Assembly (NCBI RefSeq): GCF_052425735.1
Contig: NC_135761.1
Span: forward strand, 43,958,001-44,022,000
Direction of reading: 5' to 3'
DNA from: Oculina patagonica
Taxonomy: Eukaryota
DNA: 64,000 nt
Below the pieces are notes generated by a model, which was not told the origin of the DNA, ran no database searches, and saw nothing but the letters and a program-made list of their open reading frames with translations. The first letter of the stretch is position 1; every line of letters starts with the position of its first letter. The position numbers and the translations under genes are program-made. Below, piece by piece: positions 1-12,323 of the stretch.

Positions 1-1105
1 AGGACTATAGGCCATTATAGGGAGTACCCCCCCCCCCCGGGGGGTCTTGTCTGGCATGCCGCGAAATAGTGTCTGGAGTGTCTACAAAGAAGAGTATGGG
101 TAACGATGACCCAATAACAAGCGATGATTAACTTCTGGTATCAGTAGCATAGATAATTTGTTTTATAGAAAACCTTAAACGTTGTATTGGACTAATGGAA
201 AAAAAAAAACACTGATCGTTACATGTTGTTGTTGAAAAATGTAACTGTAAATCTGAAAAATTTAATATTATATGTTTAAAAAAATCGGAAAAAAGTGAGC
301 ATTTTTATGTAACCCATGAGCACTTTTTAAAATAATAGCATTATTTTAGCACTTTTTTGGCAAAAAACGAGCACTTCTTTTAGCATTTAACGCTTTTTTA
401 CGAGCACTTTCGGTACGAGCCTAGGGAGGAGGGCGGGCATTTGAACTACGCTGAGACTTTCAGTTCAAATACCCAACCCCAGGGCATTTGTGGATGTTCA
501 AAAGAGTCACTAAACTAAGTAAACTTCAATAAAATGCTGTAGGAAAGTCCATTAAAACGGTCAAAAGTCCCCACTACGGGCAAACAATTGCTGTCAAATC
601 CCCTGCCTATGCCCCCCCCCCCCCCCAGCGGCTCAACAGTGATAGTTGCATAACGTATAAACGGTGTTCCGACACCCCTGTGAATTTTAGACGTCCGGAG
701 TAACGAGTAAAGAGAAACAGAATAAGGTACTAGTAGAACTGTTCAAACGTCAAAAAATGCAAGAGATGGGGGCTTCTTTTAGCTTCTAAGGAGCGTAGAA
801 AATGAAGGCCAAATTTGGTTAATTGCTAGTGCCTACAAACATCATTTTGCAATGTTAATCGGATTAGCGCTCTGCAATCCGAGTCGATGTGACCTCGCGT
901 TGACAGCAATGTTATATGAACCGGCCGGGCTTTACAACATGCGATCGTATCTACGCAGTTCGAGCGAAATTTTAGTCAAAGACAGCAAATTCTGTCGTAT
1001 TTCATCTTCAAATATAATTCGAAAACATTGACTAAATGTATGGCTTTTGTTTTAGTCTTCTAAAGCCCACGAAGAAGCTGTCTTGATATCCGAGTCAGAT
1101 CCGAA

Positions 1106-1435
1106 CCCGGGGGGGGGGGGGACCTCGCATATGAAACGGACGGAGATGCTCGTCGGAAATTTTGAAAAGACCCCCTAAAAGAGACCAATCTGGGTGTGGC
1201 TCAAGCTTTTTTTGACCACTAAAAGATACCAGAAAACTAAGAATAGAACTTACATTTGTATATTTTTTCGTTTGTAACCCTAAACGAGACCATTATGACC
1301 GATAATGGCTAAAAATATTGGCGTTTTGCCCGGAAAACCCTAAGCGAGACCAAATATCCGAAATTTACAACCCTAAACGAGACGACGAGCATCCCCGTCA
1401 CTTTCATATGTGAGTCCCCCCCCCCCCCCCCCGGG
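1106..1435. mobile_element. Non-autonomous DNA transposon (MITE) with CCCGGG-poly(G/C) termini
   Basis: Left end CCCGGG(G)n-ACCTCGCATATGAAACGGACGGAGATGCTCGTCG is an imperfect inverted repeat of right end CGACGAGCATCCCCGTCACTTTCATATGTGAGT(C)n-CCCGGG. Flanks share ATCCGA(A/C), an imperfect 7-8 bp target-site duplication. Confidence 0.8.
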
Positions 1436-3010
1436 ATCCGACCCTCGCAGAATCTAGAGAAAACGCAGCGTGCGTTCCGTAACGCAACTGCGAAATCTGG
1501 TGTTGCTACGTGTATCGACAGTCCCCAGGGCGACATTCATAGGAAAAATCCGTATTTTCTCGTGCTTTTTCGTGCAGCAAATCGTAGCGTTGCGGCCTTA
1601 AACACATTGAACAGCGGACTACCTTTGAAAATTAAATATGGCGTCGCAAAAAACAAAACGTCGAACGCACATTTCGCCAATTTCGCCGCCGAAACAAGGA
1701 AACAGACTGCCTCGAAAGGTACTTGAAATTTAAGGTGTAGAATGCTTCGAAAGGTAAACGATGCTTGGCTGTGAATTTGTAATGAAGCTGAATTTTTTTT
1801 GCTTTGTTGTGGCCCCGCGAGTTTGAAAAACTTTGCCGAAAACTCTGATTTGGACTATGAACTCTGATCACGCGCGCGAGTCACACCACCCCGTGACGTC
1901 ATCTCTGTGTCTGCACTCTATAGATGACAGGTATCAACCAATAATCACAACGCGCGCAATAGCTTGGTCATTGTGTAAAACACGATAGAAACACGGAACA
2001 TGTTTTCCATTTCTTAAATGAACAATAAAGGAGCATGCAAGTAAAGGTTATGGGTACGGTACAAAGTCAATATCAATGTCTTCTTTTTGAACGACCTCCT
2101 CCAACTTATAAACAAATGCTGGAGGGATCCTTGAGACTTCAACGACTGTGAGCACTATAAAAACAAGAAAGAAAATGCATCCATGGAGACAGGAACGCGA
2201 ACACTGCTGGTTTTTTTATTGTTGCACAGCGTCCATCCTAGCTATGTCATAGCAGTGCCATTCACGAGAATATGTCTACTTGTTAGTTTGACCTCAAATA
2301 AACGCTGGGACCTCGAACAAACGCCCCCAGCGTTAATTTAAAAAATAGCAATTTTGATCCGGCGTTTATACGAGACCGGCGTTTAATACTAGGGGAGGAC
2401 TTTAATTTGGTGAAGCGAAGAATCAACCATTGATGGCCCAACAACTAAAATGGAGGAAAATACATAGCTTTTGACTCGACATTTTTACCTTTCAAAAATA
2501 TTGTTCATTGATGCTTCCAGAAAGGAAATAGATTTAAAGCGGAGTATTTTTTTTCTCTTAGTTGTAGGGTAGGCGTTATTCCATTATGGGGTATGCCTTT
2601 ATTTTTTCTCCCGGGGGCTATGAACATAAGACATGATCAAAAATACAGTATCGTTTCCTTTTTAAACAAAAGACAGTACAGGTAACCAATTGTTTAGAAC
2701 TGCTTCAAACCTGGCGATGCTTGAAATTAACTTTTAAATTAATCATGAATTTAAAGGCAAGAGATATTGTCTCAGATGATGAGAAAGACGAAGACTTCAA
2801 TTTTGAAGAAAATAGTGGATTCTTGAAGGACTTGCGTAAAAAAAAGGAAAGTGCGTCAAGGATAATATTATATGGATGGCAGTCTTGCCAATGATCTGCT
2901 TATGGTCCGAAGATTAAACAGATTAAAATCACAGCGGGTAGTCGAATTCATTCATCGGTAGACCAGTCGAAGAAGATATGGGATAGTCAACCCAAAATGG
3001 CACAGCTATC

Positions 3011-3736
3011 ATGGTGAACTACAGTGCGCCACGCATTCAAGGAATCCCTGAGACCTGGAACGGTAGTCCTGTTTGTCTGCACTCTGAAATATGGTACTTA
3101 TTTTTGCTGAGCGTAGCGTTCGTTTACTACCTAATGGCCGTGCTGTCAATGATTTTCACCAAGGAGTCGAGACGGCTGAGAGAAATCTCTCTTCTTCACG
3201 ACAATTTAATCATATCTATGATGTTTCCTACCTTGCTAGAGTGGCTTACAGTTACTTCGAAGTATTTATCCAAGTTAACAATAGCGATCCAGCTATCACC
3301 TCATCACAAGACACAAGTGGCTACGTGCGGTTTTATCACTTTTCTTTATTCAACATTCCAAACAACTTCTGTAGTCGCTTTGGCGTACGCACTCTACGCC
3401 GAAAAATATCTACTGCCTAACATGAATTGCATCAAGCCAAAACCGCTCTGTAATATTCGTTTGTTGGCTTTGCAAGCAGTCTGGGCTGTTGCGGTCACCA
3501 CAGCAACGACTTTGATTGACGCCTCAGTTATGTACGGTTCTGTGAATGGCTGTTGTTTGCATCCAGTCGATGCTGGAAGTATGAAAAAGACAAGAGACGT
3601 GATTTTCAGCGTTTCTAGTATTTATGCATCATATATTTTGTTGCGTGTCTCTATAGATAGGTTTCTTAAATTGATGATGACAGGACATCAGAGACGTCCA
3701 TCGACTATCATTTATAACCGTCTCCAAATATCTTAA
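3011..3736 (+). CDS. Divergent rhodopsin-like GPCR fragment (about five TM helices), single exon, possibly truncated or a pseudogene
   Basis: 241-aa ORF with N-terminal sequons (NYS, NGS) and five hydrophobic segments. TM3-like helix starts with Cys and ends AEKY (cf. [DE]RY); TM4 has a Trp (AVWAV); ECL2 has Cys (GCCLH). The ORF stops after TM5. Confidence 0.5.
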   Translation: MVNYSAPRIQGIPETWNGSPVCLHSEIWYLFLLSVAFVYYLMAVLSMIFTKESRRLREISLLHDNLIISMMFPTLLEWLTVTSKYLSKLTIAIQLSPHHKTQVATCGFITFLYSTFQTTSVVALAYALYAEKYLLPNMNCIKPKPLCNIRLLALQAVWAVAVTTATTLIDASVMYGSVNGCCLHPVDAGSMKKTRDVIFSVSSIYASYILLRVSIDRFLKLMMTGHQRRPSTIIYNRLQIS

Positions 3737-4203
3737 AACATTACATATTAACAAAATATTTGTAAGGTGGCTGGCAACGGTTCCTAGCACTTTCCAGTTC
3801 GAATGCTTTCATGGGTCAGTACTACCACTGTTCATAAGTCGATGCTACAATAATGGGTATCAAACGAATGCTCAATCATTGTTGAATAAATTAGGCTTAT
3901 TTCCTTGACGTTATTGGTTACCATAAGAGCAATTTGACCTGTTCCTTTTAAAGACTAATAACTCAAAAAACGACCTCGGTGCACCCTATCATTTTCTCGG
4001 AGTAATTCAACAGTACAATTTACAAACTTTCGATAAGATACAACGAAGGGCGCTCAGAGCTTCCTTAAATTTTCAAGAATTTTATGAAGCTCTGAATCTG
4101 CTATACGTAGAACTTTGTAAAACTGTACAAAAAGTTGCAACTTAAAGTGCTTATCGCATTTCAATAATAAAAACTGAGGTGGGGCTACCAAGCTCATTTC
4201 TTA

Positions 4204-5085
4204 GGGCCTGTTTACATGATTCCGGAATGACTTTCATTCCGGAACGAGTTCATTCCATCCCCATACATTTCTCTGTATCTGTTTACATGATACCGAGACG
4301 AAAGTCAAGTCATTCCGGAATGATTTCGTTCCGGTTTTCATTCCGGAATGAAAGTTTCGTTCTGGAATGACATTTCTTATACCTAATCGAGGCAATCAGG
4401 AGGTCGAGCAGGTTTGGGAGCGGCGAGCACCCAGGCGAGACCACTGAGCCGCCAGCACGGAAGGACCGTACCCAAACAGCCAAAATCCGTTGATTTCGCC
4501 TGTGCCTGCGCCAGCCGAGTGTTGTTGACCTGGGATGTCTCCCACCCCCCCACTGAGCACCCACAGCAGAACTCCGACTCCACGTGTGAATGGCGTCGGC
4601 ACCGCGCGAGCGGCGAGGGGAGCCGACCGGAGCAGGCCTCCACGACGGACACACCAAGTGACCGTGAGTGGGAGTGAGCGAGGACAGGACAGAGATCACG
4701 CGGCACGGGGTACGGTAAATTCTGGTATCATGAAAACACAGAACGAATTTCGTTCCGAGATGAAATCGCAACTCATGAAACCGCACACGAACTCCACAGT
4801 TTGAATTCAAAGCGAAAAAACGTAATAGCATTTACTGTTTAGCCCAAAGAGGCAGCTCTATGGTCAAATTACTTGTTAAAATCACAGATACGGCAATTAA
4901 TGGGCACAAAAACATGTTTGCGCGAAACACGCGCCATCTTGTTTTGATCTCGCGCGAAAACCGCGCACGTGAAAATGCCTTTGGTTGAACCGGTCGACTC
5001 TGTTATGTGAATGCAGAACGAACTTCATTCCGGAACGAGTTTCGTTCCGGAATGAAAGTCATTCCGGAATCATGTAAACAGGCCC
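4204..5085. mobile_element. PIF/Harbinger-type MITE
   Basis: Perfect 44-bp TIR (GGGCCTGTTTACATGATTCCGGAATGACTTTCATTCCGGAACGA) flanked by TTA on both sides (4201-4203, 5086-5088). Internal subterminal TTCCGGAA repeats. Confidence 0.92.
4376..4719. other. GC-rich insert of unknown origin nested in the Harbinger MITE
   Basis: Hand count gives about 65% GC over 4381-4710. It is CpG-rich with abrupt boundaries and interrupts the MITE's repeated GGAATGA/TCTGGTATCATG motif. No TSD is evident. Confidence 0.7.
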
Positions 5086-5551
5086 TTAGATATAAATACT
5101 TAAACCAACAATCAAAGGTGTTTTTTGCAGACTATACTGTTACTATGGTAACATTTATCATCACAAAGGTTACCACAACTTGTTCAACAATGATTGGGCA
5201 TTCGTTGAAACCATTAATTATTGTAGCATCAAACGGTAAATAGTGTTTAATTATAAGTGGTATGAGTGGTAGAAAGTACTGGAAACCGTTGATAAGTACG
5301 TTTAAATAACAAAACAAATTGATCGATTTTATTTGGCTCACGATCGTGTTGTTTTAATTTCCTTTTCACGAACTGTCTCCTGTTCAATCGAAATGAAGCG
5401 TTTCATAACGCGTGAATAGAACACAAACCGGTTTAACAGGTTTTGTTGAAGTCCTCTTAATTTTTCCCGAGCGCGCGCAATGCAAGACACAATTCAAAGT
5501 TTTGGATTTTGAGAAAGGGAAATTTTGGACAATATACGTACGTTTTTCAGT

Positions 5552-6082
5552 TAATAATAATAATAATCTTTTATTAGGATGCCTTCATTCACTATACAGT
5601 GGTTTTCAGAAAGGTCCTAACTAAGATTAAAAATACTTAATAAGACTATATACAATAAAACGAAAAATACCTAAGAATTAAAAACTATTATTCAAAATTA
5701 ACTTGAATACAAAAGAAAGAATTAACTAAAAAACCTACTTAGAACGCTACGCTTAAAATGTACAAAATCAAGTGCATTTCTGGTGTCTCTGTCTAGGTTA
5801 TTCCAGTCTTTCAGAGAGTGATAACACACTCTCTGCTTTCCCCAATTTTTGGTTACATGAGGTAGCCTAAGCATGTCTTTATTCCTTGTGTTATAGCTAT
5901 GAATGTCCCTGTTAGCTAGTAACTCCATAGAGTGATCCATAAGTCCATTTATACACTTATAAACATATATACAGCGATGATAAAATCTACGTTGTTCTAG
6001 GTTAAGCCACTTTAAAGCTACGAGGGCATCAGAAGCTGACGAATAAAGTGGTCTGTCCAGGATGATTTTCGCGGCTTTGTTG
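5552..6082 (-). mobile_element. 5'-truncated non-LTR retrotransposon (CR1/L2-group LINE 3' end)
   Basis: Minus-strand translation NKAAKIILDRPLYSSASDALVALKWLNLEQRRFYHRCIYVYKCING...HSYNTR...WNNL...FKR is typical of the C-terminus of CR1/L2-group ORF2. It is followed by an AT-rich 3'UTR, AATAAA and an (ATT)n tail. Confidence 0.88.
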
Positions 6083-6376
6083 CCATTTGTATTTTATATT
6101 TTGATTCGCCATTCCGGCTTGCAAAATGTAATACGGCTAGACATAATTAACAGACAGCAATATTACACACTAAAATTTCTTAAAAAATACATTATCAACT
6201 GAAGCGAAGATATTCATATTTATCAGTAAGAACACTAATATATGGAGAGAAGAAAAAAATGAGAAACAAGTGATTTCCGGTTCAGCAAATTATACCGAGA
6301 AACAATGCACGGAGATTATTCGAAAGAATAATCAATTCAGCAGTACAATATGTAGAGAACAGTTGTAGAAATTTGA

Positions 6377-6621
6377 NNNNNNNNNNNNNNNNNNNNNNNN
6401 NNNNNNNNNNNNNNNNNNNNNNNNNNNNNNNNNNNNNNNNNNNNNNNNNNNNNNNNNNNNNNNNNNNNNNNNNNNNNNNNNNNNNNNNNNNNNNNNNNNN
6501 NNNNNNNNNNNNNNNNNNNNNNNNNNNNNNNNNNNNNNNNNNNNNNNNNNNNNNNNNNNNNNNNNNNNNNNNNNNNNNNNNNNNNNNNNNNNNNNNNNNN
6601 NNNNNNNNNNNNNNNNNNNNN
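6377..6621. other. Assembly gap (N run); others at 21728-21900 and 22011-22140
   Basis: Runs of N. Confidence 1.
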
Positions 6622-7915
6622 AGTGGTGTTGGTCCGGAAATAAAACTGTCATCTGTAAAAAGTCTGAACCAAAGCTAATAGAACAAAAAGAAGCCAACCC
6701 CTTAAAGTGGTCACTTCCCAGCTGAACATGCAACAATACTGTTTTAAAAAATAACAAGTTTTATGTCCGCTTCTAGATATCTACCCACGAAAAATCCCAC
6801 ACGGATATGTAATTTCCAACTGCTATTGACCGTGCACCAATAGACTTTTTGTAGAATATAAATTGGGAAACTATATATATTTATAACGTGCTAAGAAGTT
6901 CCTAGGCCTGAAATTAATTTGCCTTAGAGTTTTATTTTTCTACTTTTGTTATGAAAATAGCCTACGAATACAGCCGCCTCTCATTCGCTCCCGCTACTAC
7001 GCGAATCACATGCAGGCTATTATGAAAATGACTTTGTTCTAGCATTGTTATTTCTTGGCAATGATGTACATGTACAATTTTATTGTGGCAGGTTGTGTTT
7101 TACGGCAAAAGCGCTGTGTCAAAATAAAAAAAAGATAAAAATGTTTGAAGAACAATGTAGTGAAATTGTCGGCCAAAAATACGGTTCGGCCTTCAGTTTG
7201 AAATTGACTTTATGAAAGAAGAGAGCTTAATGGAGCCTGAGTGGCAAAAAATATTAAAAGGAATAATATTTAAAATTAAGAAATACTAAAGCTTGGGAAG
7301 TAAAAAGGGATGCGAATTAGCATGTAATTTGAGAATTTCCATTTGTTTGATTTACTCATAGTTCTTTCCATCGCGTCTTTTCCTGCCATCTGGCTTAATC
7401 ATTAAAATACTGTTCATTTTCGCTTTGCTGACATCGTTTTTGCATGTCATTATGAACCAAAGACAATCAGGTCACATAATGCCATATTAATTTAGGTGAA
7501 ATGTATTCACGTTGTGAGTTGAATTTTCGACATTTTTAAAATACTTCAGGTTTTACCAATATTAATTTAAATTTCTAGATGAAATCAAGTTTTTAATCTT
7601 GAGATAAAAAAAGGTATCCAATACGCTTTTGACCTGTCACGATGTGTACATCAGATTAATATTATGCGATGCGTCTAATTGAAATGAGAAGTCGGTCAAA
7701 TATGAATATTTAATTAGTCCAAGTCTTGCATTAAATTTTGTTTACTTCTAGCTCACTTCTACACAAGATTTGCGATTGTTATTTGCACGCACGGGCAGGC
7801 TGTGTGTCCATAATTTCAAACAAGCGACGAAACTTAACATGAGGGAATCGATTTTGTCGAACTTAGCTTGTATGTACCAGATGGCAACCTCGAACGATTT
7901 CAAAGGAAATTTGTA

Positions 7916-10900
7916 ATGGGCAATAAACAATGTACAACGTCGGTCTTTCAGAACGAAGAAGATGAGGAAACTTGGTTCGAATGGATGGAAACAACGGGTA
8001 ACCGCAAGAATCAGAAACAACTGCCCATTTCACCGAGAACTGAACCACTGCCAGTTCAACCAGCGGCCTTCCTAGCAGACGTGCCTAGCAGAGCAAGGAA
8101 TACAAAACACAAAATCTCTAGTGAAAATAAGAAGACTCTCAAAGGACTTCATTATACGAGTTCTAAAAATCATGGCAGTCTTTCGACTGATTCGTCGTTT
8201 CGTGGTGATGTTAAGGAAAATAACAATTTACCCAGAATCAAAGAAGAAGATCGGACCAACGATTTAGAGATGTTAGCTGGCCAGGTAAGCGAGGTTAAAG
8301 AAGTCAGGGATTAAATCTTACAGAGGATGTTTTATTCATTCTTTTTTTAAAAAATAGACAACGTCTCTGATTGAATATGCAAAAACATGTTTCGATGACA
8401 GCTTCTGTTTTCGCTTCGTTTTAAATATGTCAACTGCAACTGTATGTCAAATAAAATACTAAAAATAATGATAAGTAGAATAAGAAGAAAAATAAAATAT
8501 CGGGTATACCTAACTTTCAACTGTCATAAATATTGTTGAAGTGATTTAAATTGTAAGTGAAATTATAATCTGTTCAAAGTGGCATGACATTTCAGTCACA
8601 ATCACTATAATACAGAAAATGAAATCGTGTTTACACAGTTTTAGGGCACAATGTTTTTCGAACTAACCTCGAAGAATAATTTTGTAAATTTTGCTCATTT
8701 TTAACATATTGCTTACGCTCTCTATAATTTTATGTCCAAAGGACTAATAAGTTACATTTTGCAAACGTTTTTATATATTGAATCTTTTTTAAACGCGAAC
8801 AGGAAAAAGTATATTGTACGGTTAATTTAACAAGAACAGTAGGAACGCGGCTGATCGACAGTGCATACATTTTAGCACGTGCCTATGAATGTTTGCCTGT
8901 GTGTGTCCAAGCCTGCGTATTGTTCATTCACAACGTACCCAATCCTTACAATCTATTTTATTTTATTTATTTTTTTATAAACACAATCTGTATAATTGAA
9001 TCTGGTAAACCATTTGCAAATCATATACTCCCGATGTTGATAAAGAAGAGAATAAACAATGAGGTTTTGTGTTTTCGTACATCATCCTCTAAGGTAGCCT
9101 CCCACGCAGCTGCAGTCGTTCTTAGGGGAAGGAGTGTAACACGATCGCCCCTATTAAAGAACGACTGCGTGGGAGGCTGCCTATAAGGCGGTCATCTAAA
9201 TTATCTCCCCGGTCTTTTAGCAGAAACATACTTTAGACAATATTAAATGTTACCGTTAACTGTTTACGTCCTTAAAATTTATTAGTAGAATAATTGTTAC
9301 AGACAACGGATATTTCAGGAATAAAATTTTAAGGAGAAAATTGCCTCGTCTCGACAAGATTAGAAGAAAAAACCACCCTTTAACATGTGTTCAAAACAGA
9401 TATGAGAAATAGGTCCTCTAATTGTACATGTGCCTACTGTAGGAAGTGTGGCTATTGTAGGGAGTTCTTTAGAAGTACAGGTCGATGAATAAGCTCAATA
9501 TGATGATTTAGACGTTGTAAATAAAAATGGGAAATGACAAGACCCACATTTTAAGAAAAAATCACGGATTATAAACCAAGGCCTTGAAGAGGCCATATGT
9601 TTAAGGATGAGCCTTATGATTTTACTTTAATTGATTTGTTGGAAATTCCTAGAAAGATAATCTTTTCGTATATCTCAGTGCAGTCATATGTCGTTTCATT
9701 GTCCGCAGGTATTCCCAGACTTCCCAGCCGGAGAAGTAAACGTGTCTTTATCATTTGACAAAGCTACAAATCGCATGAAGGTACACATTATAAAAGCCCG
9801 AAACCTCTGCTGCAAGGCTCGAGAAGGAAAAAGGCAAGACAGATGTGGCGTTAGTTGTTCAGGTGATCTGATATTGTTTACACTTATCTAACACTATATT
9901 TCAAATAAACGTTAAGGATTTTTCATGACGACGAAACCTCAATTCCTGCTGAACCCTGAAATTTTTGCTTCTCAATTTCATGAGAATTAATTTCCAGTTC
10001 TGCTTCATTTTCTTACCGCTTGGCTTAATTATATATGTTCAGACTGTTTATACATGGTATAAGCAAGTTTGACAATAAGGCGCCTGTATTTAGCGCCTCA
10101 TCTTAGTTTCATAGCAAGTTGCTAGGCTCTAGAACACTGCGGGCGTTTCTTCAACAATTCAAGTACCAATGCATGCACATCAGTAGTCATCAATGGCTAA
10201 GAAAAAAGCACTATAAGGGCACAATATCTTAGCTACTTAAGAATACAGCGAAAACTCAAAGGCTTGGCCCAACTCTCGACACACGCACGATAAACAGTTA
10301 GCCGCTTATATAACCAATAAAGCACACGCCTAGGACGATATACATTTCAGTGTACATGCGTCTTAATTTTGTACACCAGTTACGTTTATTGTCTATTTTA
10401 ATGCTCGACAAAGCCATAATATTGTATTTCATGTAGGTACAATATTTCATAATGCTAGCTGAGACGGGCACGTATCTATTGCGTATATGACACTGCTTTT
10501 CGAGAGGCACTTAGCCAGAAAGAGAGCCAGTATATTTTCCGGCCCTCTTTTTCCCCTGCAAACGTTGTTTCAGAGAGTTGATAATTCATCTTTGACGTAA
10601 GGGAAGGAGGGTTAACGAATAAACTGCCAGTGCTTATTAATAATTGTTAGTGAAAGTGTCTTAGACTTTCGTCCAAGATTGTCAAAATGAACAGTCTTGC
10701 TCAATGTGTCATTAACGTCTTTTGCTGTTTTCAATTTGCAGACTTGTACATAAACGTCTCTCTATTCAGCGGAGAAAAGCACCTGCAATCGCATCGAACA
10801 TCCAAAAAGAAAGGCAGCACCGACGTGCTATTCTACGAAAATTATGCACTGGACCTCACATCTCTTGACCTACGCCAACTAACTCTACGTTTGACTGCAA

Positions 10901-11055
10901 TGCATTGTTGCAAATACCTCATCAATGCAGACCACGTGATTGGTCATGTGGATACAGGCGACCAGTCCGGTGAATCGTCATTTGGTGCTCAGTGGGTGGA
11001 GGTGATCACGTGTCCTGGAAAGAACGTCAATAGATGGCATACTCTTTGGTGTTAG
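7916..11055 (+). CDS. Single C2B-type domain protein (synaptotagmin-like fold, no TM), about 278 aa, 3 coding exons
   Basis: Exons 7916-8284 (phase 0), 9709-9862 (phase 1) and 10742-11055 join in frame with GT/AG sites. C2 signature GEVNVSLSF...KVHIIKARNL...DLYINVSL...RTSKKKG...IGHV...QW...PGKNVNRWHTL. N-terminus MGNKQCTTS. Confidence 0.85.
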
Positions 11056-12096
11056 ATATGAAGAAAGGATTGCCTTTTTCACGCATATTTGCGAAAATTT
11101 ATTTCAAAATTTTAGCAGTTAAAAACTGTTTTGAAAAGGACCAGTAAGCAAAGAAAAAGGAAAATAAAATGCACGCCAGTCAAAATTTTAAATTTAAAAA
11201 TTTGGCAATTGTACAATGGTAACAATTAATTTATTTATTTGCCAATGCAACCCATTGTTTGTTCATTTTTGTCCTAATTTAATAACTTATTTTGGCCACC
11301 ATATTACAGATTACTGTATGGTGTATTTTACAGAATTGAAACAATGAAGTTCAAAACTTGTTTATTTTGTAAAAGTTACTTCAAGCTAAAACGCCAAAAA
11401 AGGAAATATAAGGTAGCACATCTTATTTACTGCGCTCTTCAATAAAGCGCGAACTCTAGAGATCAAAACCCAACTATACTAACGATTGCGTTTTTCGCTT
11501 CCGTCTGAAACTAAAACAATGATTGATGGCAGCGAAAAACGTAGCTGTTCAACTTTGAATGTCTCATCGCGACTTTAAGATCAGTATTTGACGTTCTCGA
11601 GGATTAAGTCCTTTATCGACCAAAATATAATACGTATACATTCACAAGCACATGGATATAAATAAAAGATGTGAAAGTTTAACGGGTCTATTGCGATGCC
11701 AATTTCCACATTGATTGTCAAACGTTTGAAAATTAAGTGCAAATACAGTTGAGAAGTTTTGACCGACACACTCGATACCGGCCTTCACCACAACCTTTGT
11801 CTACAGTGCAGCCTCACCAAAGCCCAGTACAATACACAAAAAGGTCAACAAAAATGCCATAAATGCAGGCATTTCTTTGATCTACTTGTTACAAAACTCC
11901 GTATCTTAGGGGGAACTATCAGATATTTCTTTTTTGGTGCAATCGATGTAATATCTTCTTGAAGACAACTTCTCGGACAAATTAATGATGAAGCCCAAAA
12001 TGTGGATAGTTTAAGGGATATTCGAGAGGTCAAAATCCTTTTCTTTAGAATAGTTTTTAGTAGACACTTGTTCTTTTACACAACCATGCATGCAAC

Positions 12097-12323
12097 CTGG
12101 CGCGGATCCAGAAAAAAATGCTGACCGTTTACCAATAACACGAGCGCCGAAGGAGCGAGCCTGTGAGCATACTCGATATTGACCAGTACCATTATCCTGG
12201 AAGCTTAAAAGTCGTCTTTTTGATCTCCAAACTTGGAAATTTTCTTTACACCAAAAACTTACAATCGTCGTAAAATGTGACCGATTTCCGCAAAACGGTG
12301 GAATCGTTCTGGATCCGCGCCTG
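12097..12323. mobile_element. Small MITE (hAT-like termini)
   Basis: TIR C(T/A)GGCGCGGATCCAGAA ... TTCTGGATCCGCGCCTG; the TSD is degenerate. Confidence 0.7.

Noticed and set aside
2746-2895. Short acidic coding-like stretch upstream of the GPCR-like ORF
   Set aside because: Under 50 codons with stops in all continuations; cannot be linked to the ORF
4396-4585. RNase P RNA-like P4 pairing (GGAGGTCGAG ... CTCCGACTCC) or a ribozyme in the GC-rich insert
   Set aside because: Pairing is imperfect, other conserved regions were not recognisable and no hammerhead core (CTGANGA...GAAA) was found; it needs an Infernal search
4310-4831. Cluster of overlapping ORFs on both strands
   Set aside because: Expected from high GC content and few stop codons; no recognisable domain
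6332-6757. ORFs spanning N runs (also 21498-22190)
   Set aside because: Artefacts of translating assembly gaps
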